This document shows, one piece after another, positions 1-6,991 of a stretch of DNA of 32,000 nt. The stretch is from positions 38,585-70,584 of the forward strand of contig CAYHAA010000016.1 of the NCBI GenBank assembly GCA_964354495.1, read 5' to 3'. The position numbers and the translations under genes are program-made. A model generated the notes under the pieces. It did not search any database and was not told where the DNA came from. It saw only the letters and a program-made list of their open reading frames with translations. The DNA is from an uncultured archaeon. GTDB lineage: Archaea > Asgardarchaeota > Thorarchaeia > Thorarchaeales > Thorarchaeaceae. Within the stretch, counting starts at the first letter, position 1, and each line of letters starts with the position of its first letter.

Positions 1-387
1 CCGACGGGTTGGAGCGATTACGAGACTGCGATAGAGTACGTTGTGAAACAGACAAAGAAACGGTCACTCATCATCTGGCTGACTGATCTTGAGGAGAGTC
101 CGGCTCCACTCCTCAACGCAATGAAGGCGCTAGTGGCCAATGGTCACAAAGCCATGGTGATTAGCCCATTTGGCCCTTGGTTCGAGGCACCGGTTGGTCA
201 GTTCGGACCCGTAGAAAAGGTGCTCTCTGAGGCAGTTTCTGAGGAGCTCTGGGAGAGAAGGGCCAAGATTGCTCAGGCGTTGGCTCGATTCAGTATTGAG
301 GTCATCAATGTTGGCCCAGAGGACTTTCTGCCGACTATCATCAAGACCTATGAGCATGCAAAACAGAAGGGGGTGGCAATGTTTTGA
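1..387 (+). CDS. DUF58-family (vWA-like) protein, C-terminal part; 5'-truncated by the window edge
   Basis: Frame 1 is open from base 1 (PTGWSDYETAIEYVVKQTKKRSLIIWLTDLE...). The 'SLIIWLTD...VISP' pattern is typical of DUF58 C-termini. The stop overlaps the next start (TTGA). Confidence 0.7.
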   Translation, partial: PTGWSDYETAIEYVVKQTKKRSLIIWLTDLEESPAPLLNAMKALVANGHKAMVISPFGPWFEAPVGQFGPVEKVLSEAVSEELWERRAKIAQALARFSIEVINVGPEDFLPTIIKTYEHAKQKGVAMF

Positions 388-1769
388 GAGTCGTCACTTG
401 GATTCTCCGGATTGCCTCGATTGCCACGTTTGCAGGCATGGCGTATCTTGTGTACAGTCTACTTGACTCCAATGACATCTGGCACTGGGCGGCTCCCTAC
501 GATTTTGTTGTAACTGTATTTCGTTTACTATCACTGCTCATCTTCTTCTTTACAAGTACTATGATCAGTGGACTCGCAGCTGCTCTCTCTGGTACTCTTC
601 CAAACGATATCATAGTGGGTCTCTACAACGTCATTGTTCTTCGGTCGTGGTACATGCAACCATATGGTGTGGATGACCCGATGACCAATCTGGGACAAGT
701 ATGGGCTTCGTTCCAATCCAATCTTGCTCAAGTCCTTGCAGCTCTCTGGGATAATACCTTCCTCTTCTTGTATTTTCTATTTGCAGGAATTGGTATTGCA
801 CTCTTTCTGCAGTCTCTCTTCAGAATGGACCACAAGTTCGTCGGTGGTGCATTCATATCAATTCAGTCAATTCTGATTCTTGCTGCTTACAAGTTGCTGA
901 CGGTTCCCAATCTTGACCCATTTCCAACGGATTTTGTGGTCTTTCTAAGCGCGAATGCTCAACTTCTGGCACTAGTTTCCTTTGCCTATCTGGAGGTCAG
1001 TTACCAAATGATCTACAGCTACTCGGTTGGTAAACCCATTGAGGATCGAGAAGAGACCCTCAAGAAGCAGCTGCTGGCCCTCAGACAGGCAACAAGAAAG
1101 CAGGATGCCATCGAGAGAGGCGAGAAGGTAAGCATAACGGGCATGAGCCGTACGTCAGGATTGATTGCCTTCTCATTCCTACGAGAAGCAATCGAACGAA
1201 AGGTTGTTGGCACGCAGGATGCACTTGAGAATCTTGACGCAATCTCTGATGTGCGGCGTCTCCAGATATTTGTTGATGAATTGCTTCAATCAGATTCGAA
1301 AGCAAAGGATGAGCTCACTGCGAAGGCAGCATCGCCATCATCGTTCTATGTAATCGGGTCGGCGATAACCGGTTCTGCAATCAGATTTCTGAGTATCATT
1401 GCGATTGCATTCATTCTACTCAATCCCAGCGCGCTCATGATTCTACTCAACTTGCCGCAGGGAATTGAGCACAGTATCGAGATACTCCAACCAGAGATAA
1501 TACTGCTCTTTCTTGTCCCGATTATCCTTGCATTTCCATTTGTTTCGATGATTATTACTTGGTTTTCAAAGAGGGAAGTTGAGGAAACAGAGGAACTCAC
1601 CAACGAAGAGAAGGAAGCGGAACGACAGCGGAAGAAGGAGTCTGCTCGACGTCGAAAGGAGGCAGCGAAGGCTCGAAAAGCTAGGGCAGAGGCAAGAAAG
1701 AAGCGGAAGGGCCATGAGATTGAAGTTGACGAGTGGGACAAAGCCTTGGAAGATAGCTATCGACGGTAG
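384..1769 (+). CDS. Multi-pass membrane protein of unknown function with a highly charged E/R/K C-terminal tail
   Basis: 461-aa ORF with many hydrophobic segments, translationally coupled to the DUF58 gene. Tail reads EEKEAERQRKKESARRRKEAAKARKARAEARKKRK. Confidence 0.8.
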   Translation: MRVVTWILRIASIATFAGMAYLVYSLLDSNDIWHWAAPYDFVVTVFRLLSLLIFFFTSTMISGLAAALSGTLPNDIIVGLYNVIVLRSWYMQPYGVDDPMTNLGQVWASFQSNLAQVLAALWDNTFLFLYFLFAGIGIALFLQSLFRMDHKFVGGAFISIQSILILAAYKLLTVPNLDPFPTDFVVFLSANAQLLALVSFAYLEVSYQMIYSYSVGKPIEDREETLKKQLLALRQATRKQDAIERGEKVSITGMSRTSGLIAFSFLREAIERKVVGTQDALENLDAISDVRRLQIFVDELLQSDSKAKDELTAKAASPSSFYVIGSAITGSAIRFLSIIAIAFILLNPSALMILLNLPQGIEHSIEILQPEIILLFLVPIILAFPFVSMIITWFSKREVEETEELTNEEKEAERQRKKESARRRKEAAKARKARAEARKKRKGHEIEVDEWDKALEDSYRR

Positions 1770-1785
1770 ACTGACCTAAGATTGA

Positions 1786-4107
1786 CTAATGAGTTGAAAA
1801 AATCACTGTAATTGCTGTGCTGAGTACCCAGACAACAGTCACAACAGCCTCCCCTGCGACGATACCGCTGAGTATCCTGCTGACTCTACCGTAATCTGCA
1901 TCCTGAATCTCAATCTGCTGTTGTGGCAAACCTGCGCTTGAGATGGGCTCCTGAAGCTGTTGTCGTTTCTGGACTCGGTAATTGATGTACCCACCGATGA
2001 GGATTGCAACAACCGTGGCAGGCGGAATCAATACCCCGACAACTAGGCTCATCGGGCTCATGCCACGTCTATTGAGTTCTCTTCCCGCAAGAAAGCCCCC
2101 GATAGCAAAGGACAGTAGATAGGCAAATACGAGAACTGGGTGAACGCCTTCAAACTGATTCATCCCCGGAAGTTGCAGCTCGCCAATCCCCTGAAGGCTG
2201 ATCACGAGAAAACCAAAGAGTTGCGCTGCGGGGCTTGGGAGATCCTTTCCGCCAAAACCGTTGTATGTATCGAACAATGTGTAGGTGATGAACGCCCCCA
2301 TCGTCGTGCCAAGCATAGCGCCGACTATGACCGCTACTAGAATACTTCTCCCCCTAACTCCCGTCAGACGTCCAAGCTTAAGATGTGCTAGGAGCGAGAT
2401 TGCCGCAACTTGAAGTGCGCCAAGCATTGACATGAATGTTGTTATGACTACAAAGGAGACCTTGAACAAGAGAATTGCTGGTATTGCCACAATATCTGAG
2501 ATGTATCCTGCAAGCATTCCTGTTTCACTCATGGCACGCGCGGTGAAGTAGACAGAGATCAGTGCAATGGGTGTTCCGACTATGAAGAGAAGCCAATGTA
2601 TCTGGACGCCGGGGAAGGGTTGGATGAACCAGAAGACAATGATTCCAACGATTATGAAGAGGCTCAACGATAGAAACGAGATCCATGGAGGCAGACGTCC
2701 TCTTCTGGATACTAGATACTCCCGAGGATTCATGACAATCTCGCGTATCTCCTCTCTGATCATCTCAATCGAAAAGAGCTCTCCCTTGACTCTCATCATC
2801 TGCGGAAGTTCAAGACTCTTATGAGGCGTATCTACTGTCACTCCGCGTTCCTTCTGAGCGAATGCGGCAGATGCCTGCTTTTCGAATTCTTCGGGAGTCA
2901 TCTCTTCATCGCGTTTTTTGTTGCGACCTCCCATGAAATCGCCGGCTATTACTGTGACAAACACCCCCAGAGCAATATAGATGATTTCTGCCCTCTTGAT
3001 ATGCTCCTCATATTTGATTGCAGGATTGGCTCCCTCCAAGAAGAACCACACTAGTAATGATGCCACACTTCCCATGGCCATGACCAGCGACCTCTTCCAG
3101 CCGACAAAGAAGCCTATTCCTACCATCATCGGAGAGTTACTGACACCGATCCATGCGGGTATGGCTGATGCTGCTGGAACTGCCTGCGCTAGGGCATTTG
3201 GAAAGGAACTCAGGTTTGCTCCTGTTAGGCTCTCTGTTGCCTTCATTGTGCCCGTCCACGCGGCCGACCCTGCAATTCCAATTCCTACTGCCTTCTTTGC
3301 TCTAATATCCCCACCAATTGAATTGATTGTGAATGCTTGTGGTCGAACCTGTGGCCATGCTTCGTGTTCAAACCGGTCTCTGAATGGTGCCAGCAGAATG
3401 ATGCCAAAGAACGCACTGAGTCCGGTTACAAGCATAATGAAGCTGAGAGTGGTTGTGGGATTATAGTCAGCGTGAGTCATGTTGAATAGAGGATTCCCTG
3501 GCTCGAAGATAGCAATAGCTGGGAATGTGATTAGGACACCAATTGAAACCATGGCTGATGAATTGGCAATCGCTACGACGATGGTGTTCTCTTGTGCTGT
3601 ATATCTGCCACCTACACTGAGCAAGATAGCACCCAGCATCTCTGCTCCAACTAGGAATACAACGCCCAGCTTCAAGGCAAGCCAGATTCCAAGAAAAGTC
3701 ATTATTACGCCAACTAACAGTCCTGTTCCGAGAGCCCGCTTTGTTAGTGGGTACTTGGGTTCGGCAAGGACTGCACCATAGACCAGCAGTCCAGCTGTTG
3801 CCATTAGTACAGTGTGATGAAGAGGTACGATGACTGAGAGAAGCCAGCTGATTGACAGATAGGCTAGTGCAATGAGCGAGAGGACTCCCAGCTCCAGACT
3901 GTCAGGGGGCTGCTTGAAGACTGACATGTAGAGCAGTGCAATCTCTATGATGAGTGCAATGACCACACCGGGGTTGGCCCATCCTCCCTCTCCAATCACG
4001 TAGAGAAGATACACAATGCCTGCAAGAAAGATCCCTGCCAATAGTGCTCTGGTTGAATCAGGAAAGATGCCCCTCAGTCGCCGAAGAGTCAGGTGGGTCA
4101 TCTTCAT
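1786..4107 (-). CDS. OPT-family oligopeptide transporter
   Basis: 773 aa, highly hydrophobic. Motifs 'QENTIVVAIAN', 'FPAI', 'WPQ', 'GIGFFVG' and 'PSPAAQLF' resemble OPT/YSL family motifs. SD (GGAGAG) and TATA-like TATAAAT lie upstream on the minus strand. Confidence 0.8.
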   Translation of the reverse strand: MKMTHLTLRRLRGIFPDSTRALLAGIFLAGIVYLLYVIGEGGWANPGVVIALIIEIALLYMSVFKQPPDSLELGVLSLIALAYLSISWLLSVIVPLHHTVLMATAGLLVYGAVLAEPKYPLTKRALGTGLLVGVIMTFLGIWLALKLGVVFLVGAEMLGAILLSVGGRYTAQENTIVVAIANSSAMVSIGVLITFPAIAIFEPGNPLFNMTHADYNPTTTLSFIMLVTGLSAFFGIILLAPFRDRFEHEAWPQVRPQAFTINSIGGDIRAKKAVGIGIAGSAAWTGTMKATESLTGANLSSFPNALAQAVPAASAIPAWIGVSNSPMMVGIGFFVGWKRSLVMAMGSVASLLVWFFLEGANPAIKYEEHIKRAEIIYIALGVFVTVIAGDFMGGRNKKRDEEMTPEEFEKQASAAFAQKERGVTVDTPHKSLELPQMMRVKGELFSIEMIREEIREIVMNPREYLVSRRGRLPPWISFLSLSLFIIVGIIVFWFIQPFPGVQIHWLLFIVGTPIALISVYFTARAMSETGMLAGYISDIVAIPAILLFKVSFVVITTFMSMLGALQVAAISLLAHLKLGRLTGVRGRSILVAVIVGAMLGTTMGAFITYTLFDTYNGFGGKDLPSPAAQLFGFLVISLQGIGELQLPGMNQFEGVHPVLVFAYLLSFAIGGFLAGRELNRRGMSPMSLVVGVLIPPATVVAILIGGYINYRVQKRQQLQEPISSAGLPQQQIEIQDADYGRVSRILSGIVAGEAVVTVVWVLSTAITVIFSTH

Positions 4108-4201
4108 TGTAGGGACACTCTCCTAGTCAGGGATACACGGTCAATCTCACATGTGACTTATGAGGTCCTCTAGGTGAGGATTATGACCTCTATTTATAGT
4201 T

Positions 4202-4504
4202 CTATATCGCCTCTGAGAGTTTCTGAATGGCAGCCTCTCTTGTCATATCTGTCACTAGAAGCGTCTTCTCTCGGCTCTTATGGCCTGCGACTATCGTGAT
4301 ACTTCCTGTGGTCACTCCAAGTGTCTTGGCCATCCTCTTGACCAGCTCGGTGTTTGCCTTCCCTTCTCTTGCTGGTCCTGTCAGGTTCAAGTGAACTGCC
4401 TCCGGCGTCATTTCTGATACGAACTCCTTGGACCTTGAATTGGGTTTCACAATCACCTTGATGAAGGTCCCCCGTTCATTCTCCCATATGGATTTCTCAC
4501 TCAT
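4202..4504 (-). CDS. DUF167 / YggU-family protein
   Basis: 'IKVIVKPNSR...NLTGPAREGKANTELVKRMAKTLGV...ITIVAGHKSREK' is the classic DUF167 signature. Start placed at MSEKS (4504); the longer ORF-track start intrudes on the divergent profilin region. Confidence 0.9.
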   Translation of the reverse strand: MSEKSIWENERGTFIKVIVKPNSRSKEFVSEMTPEAVHLNLTGPAREGKANTELVKRMAKTLGVTTGSITIVAGHKSREKTLLVTDMTREAAIQKLSEAI

Positions 4505-4633
4505 ATCTATGAGAATGTCCATAGCCTCCATAAGTCTATTCCCAGAATGTGCATTGAAGCCATCAACGATTTGTTTAATTGTAAAGTTTCGGTGAAGTTC
4601 CTTGGACGTAGTGTTCAACGGGGTGAATCCATC

Positions 4634-5014
4634 ATGGGCGATCCTGTAATGGATGCATACACAATGGCGTATAACAGTTCAGGGAACATGATACAAGCCT
4701 TTGGGGTAATTACTGAAGGTGGGCAAGTCCTGTGGCAAAGCAACAACTGGGATCTGACTGCCGATGCCAGTGGCCTCATCTCTGCAGTGAAGTCACGTAG
4801 TCCTGCAGTCACACAGAACAACATTCGCTACTCCACAATGAGATCCACACCTGAGAGTCTTGTCGCCCGCAATGTTCAGGGAAATGGAATCTTGATCCTG
4901 GCCAAGATTGAGGGTCAGAAGTGGGTTGTGGCATGGAGTGCACCGAACGCTCAGCCTGATGGTGTCTATGTCGATGTAGACCGGGCTGCAAAGGCACTCA
5001 AGGGCAGAATTTGA
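4634..5014 (+). CDS. Asgard-type profilin (paralog 1)
   Basis: 126 aa. 'IQAFGVI..GQVLWQSNNWDL...IRYSTMRSTPESLVARNVQGNGILILA' matches the Asgard profilin pattern. SD GGGGTGA at 4620-4626 lies 7 nt before ATG 4634. Confidence 0.85.
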   Translation: MGDPVMDAYTMAYNSSGNMIQAFGVITEGGQVLWQSNNWDLTADASGLISAVKSRSPAVTQNNIRYSTMRSTPESLVARNVQGNGILILAKIEGQKWVVAWSAPNAQPDGVYVDVDRAAKALKGRI

Positions 5015-5051
5015 TGGTGCTGCCCACGTGAGGGGAACTGTAGAATAATAT

Positions 5052-5069
5052 GGGAGAATGATTTCTCCC
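5052..5069. promoter_or_regulatory. Perfect 7-bp inverted repeat (GGGAGAA-TGAT-TTCTCCC) between the two profilin genes
   Basis: Seen directly, just upstream of the paralog 2 SD (GGAGG 5077-5081). Function unknown. Confidence 0.35.
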
Positions 5070-5088
5070 TTGCTCAGGAGGCCGTGAC

Positions 5089-5463
5089 ATGGAGTCTGCC
5101 ATCAGCCGTCAATGGTATCAGCTGTACACGAACAATCCGAAAATACAGGCATTTGCTGTAGCCAAAGGAGACCAGGTCGTTTGGCAGACTGAAAACTGGA
5201 ATCTACTCGACGACATCAAACAGATAGTCAATGCTCCAAAGGAGGAGGCAAGCAAGGTCTCTGTTGGCGGAATCAAGTACAAGCGAATTGCCTCTACCCT
5301 AGATGCTTACTTGGGAACTGCCCCCGATGGCAAGGGGCATCTGTTGATGGCGCGGATAAATGAAGGAGGCTGGGCCATCGCTTGGGCTGAGTCCACTTCG
5401 GTTCCTGAACTGGCACTTGTTGATCTCGCCAAGGCCGCAATACACCTCAGCGGCGATGTATAG
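5089..5463 (+). CDS. Asgard-type profilin (paralog 2)
   Basis: 124 aa. 'IQAFAVA..QVVWQTENWNL...GGIKY...GKGHLLMA' has the QTENW motif of Asgard profilins. SD GGAGG present. Confidence 0.8.
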   Translation: MESAISRQWYQLYTNNPKIQAFAVAKGDQVVWQTENWNLLDDIKQIVNAPKEEASKVSVGGIKYKRIASTLDAYLGTAPDGKGHLLMARINEGGWAIAWAESTSVPELALVDLAKAAIHLSGDV

Positions 5464-5478
5464 TCTAGAATGCGTTCT

Positions 5479-6225
5479 CTATGGGACTGATTCACTTGCG
5501 AACAGAATATCTCGTGTCTTCAAGAGCACATCGCGATATTCTTTTGACCCCAGAGAATAGATCTGTAGCAAGGTCTCATAGATCTTGAGAACTTCCTTAT
5601 CTGCTACATCGCCTTTTACAAGGTCGGCAATCTTCGTTCGCCATTCTGCTTGCATCAACTCGCCCTTCATCACTAACTCTTGGAGTTCCTTACGCTTCTC
5701 CTTGGGAATCTTTAGATCAAAGTTTGCAATCATGGTTGTGATGAAGGACTCCACCATCTTTGCCAAGGTTGATGCTCCACCAGCCCATTCACCCTTGGTC
5801 AAGACAAAGCCCTTTGCTGTGCGACGCCAGTAATCTGTTGTGCGCTTTCCTGTGGTCACGGTTCCATACTTGATGACATATCCGCCTTTTTCCAGCGTAG
5901 GTAGATGGTGATAGACTTGGTTCTTGGATATCTCAATGTCAGGACCACAACAATCTGTGGACAGCTTCACTATCTCGATAACACTGAGAGCATCACGCTT
6001 CAGTTCTCTCACTCTGATGATTTTGTCTCCATTCTTGTCCACGCTTTCTGTGGTCACGGTGTCGTTGACGCCTTCTCTCAAGACCTGTAGAATCTGATAT
6101 CTCACGGGCTCATCCAAGATAACAGCTCGTTCCTGATCTGTTACGAAGACAATCTCTTTCTGCGGTCTTCTTCCCTCGTCCGTTAGAACGATTCCCTTCA
6201 GGCTATCTGTGATCTCATCACCCAT
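5479..6225 (-). CDS. Winged helix-turn-helix (ArsR-like) transcriptional regulator with a C-terminal helical domain
   Basis: 'PVRYQILQVL...LSVIEIVK...SKNQVYHHLPTLEKGGYV...GKRTTDYW' is an ArsR/HTH_20-like wHTH, followed by about 100 aa of predicted helix. Confidence 0.8.
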   Translation of the reverse strand: MGDEITDSLKGIVLTDEGRRPQKEIVFVTDQERAVILDEPVRYQILQVLREGVNDTVTTESVDKNGDKIIRVRELKRDALSVIEIVKLSTDCCGPDIEISKNQVYHHLPTLEKGGYVIKYGTVTTGKRTTDYWRRTAKGFVLTKGEWAGGASTLAKMVESFITTMIANFDLKIPKEKRKELQELVMKGELMQAEWRTKIADLVKGDVADKEVLKIYETLLQIYSLGSKEYRDVLLKTRDILFASESVP

Positions 6226-6243
6226 CTTCGTGTCCCTCGATGC

Positions 6244-6321
6244 TCATTGCTGTCCGTATCGTTCAACGAAGGCACGATATGACTTGATTATGTCAACACG
6301 CCTCTTCGTTTTGGAGTACAT
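6244..6321 (-). CDS. Putative 25-aa small ORF upstream of the wHTH regulator (MYSKTKRRVDIIKSYRAFVERYGQQ)
   Basis: ATG 6321 to TGA 6244, downstream of TATA-like elements (TTTTAAAT about 6353-6360; TTTAAT 6380-6385) and ending 18 nt before the regulator start. Below the ORF-track size cutoff. Confidence 0.35.
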   Translation of the reverse strand: MYSKTKRRVDIIKSYRAFVERYGQQ

Positions 6322-6388
6322 CTGTCTTGTTTAACACTGTCGCCTCTGCACATTTAAAATTATTGGTAAATGCTTAGCCATTAAACCA

Positions 6389-6402
6389 TTTGTCTGGCAA
6401 AC
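6389..6402 (-). promoter_or_regulatory. Operator-like box A (minus strand GTTTGCCAGACAAA) next to TATA-like TTTAAT
   Basis: 12/14 identical to box B when each is read in its outward-facing orientation. Confidence 0.5.
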
Positions 6403-6472
6403 GTTTTCAATATCTCCATATAACAAACTAAATACTCAACATAGTGTTTCTATAGCACCAAAAACTAGTAAT

Positions 6473-6495
6473 GGTTTGTCACACAAACCTTATAT
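6473..6495 (+). promoter_or_regulatory. Palindromic operator-like box B (GGTTTGT-CAC-ACAAACC) abutting TATA-like TTATAT
   Basis: Perfect 7-bp inverted repeat at 6473-6489 occupying the BRE position. TTATAT at 6490-6495 begins 39 nt before ATG 6529. Confidence 0.6.
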
Positions 6496-6528
6496 GTGAT
6501 TGGTGCATACGTCAACACGTGAACTACT

Positions 6529-6636
6529 ATGAATCACAGGAAGAACACTCTCACCTACTATGGAACATGGAACGAAAAGATGGCTCGAGTCTACACACTT
6601 GATGCCATTGGATATGCGTACGTATACAGGAGGTAG
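6529..6636 (+). CDS. Small peptide A, 35 aa (MNHRKNTLTYYGTWNEKMARVYTLDAIGYAYVYRR)
   Basis: First ATG after the TATA-like box. Shares the C-terminal DAIxYAYxYR motif with peptide B. Its last codons contain the GGAGGT SD of peptide B. Confidence 0.65.
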   Translation: MNHRKNTLTYYGTWNEKMARVYTLDAIGYAYVYRR

Positions 6637-6641
6637 AAAAC

Positions 6642-6731
6642 ATGGCACTCGCGAAACAAACAAAGAGAAAGGATGAATCTAGGAAGCAGATCTCTACAGA
6701 TGCTATAACCTATGCATACATGTACAGGTAG
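6642..6731 (+). CDS. Small peptide B, 29 aa (MALAKQTKRKDESRKQISTDAITYAYMYR)
   Basis: Strong SD GGAGGT 7 nt before the ATG. Motif shared with peptide A with synonymous third-position changes. Confidence 0.7.
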   Translation: MALAKQTKRKDESRKQISTDAITYAYMYR

Positions 6732-6737
6732 ATTGCT

Positions 6738-6851
6738 ATGAGTAGAGAAGACGAAACTACCATGTCCGACTGCCGCCAGGTTGTCTTGATGGAAGCTCCG
6801 ATGCGCCCATCCGTGACCACAGAAGAGGTGCTCCTGTGGGAAGCCACTTGA
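6738..6851 (+). CDS. Small peptide C, 37 aa (MSREDETTMSDCRQVVLMEAPMRPSVTTEEVLLWEAT)
   Basis: ATG 6 nt after the peptide B stop, with AGGT SD-like sequence at the end of B. Acidic, and lacks the A/B motif. Confidence 0.45.
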   Translation: MSREDETTMSDCRQVVLMEAPMRPSVTTEEVLLWEAT

Positions 6852-6991
6852 GCGCTTCCATACTCTTTCTAATGGATATTCACAATAGATTCAAGGCATT
6901 CTTCTAGATTGCTCTCTTATTGACCACTAATTCTTAACACTTGGCAGCACCCGCAGAAATACAAATCGTGAGATCTGACCGGCTTTTGCAA

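Noticed and set aside
2140-3781. Several plus-strand ORFs (66-161 aa) within the OPT gene
   Set aside because: Antisense shadows of a well-supported gene.
4147-4156. Palindrome TCACATGTGA upstream of the OPT gene
   Set aside because: A single 10-bp palindrome is expected by chance in 32 kb, and no second copy was seen.
4505-4618. N-terminal extension of the DUF167 ORF
   Set aside because: Not part of the DUF167 domain and overlaps the same intergenic promoter region.
4547-4633. 29-aa N-terminal extension of profilin 1 in the ORF track
   Set aside because: No SD before ATG 4547, it occupies the divergent promoter space, and a strong SD precedes ATG 4634. It cannot be fully excluded because extended N-termini are reported for some Asgard profilins.
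6292-6519. GTCAACACG occurring twice (6292 and 6511)
   Set aside because: Short, same orientation despite the divergent promoters, and one copy lies inside the putative uORF.
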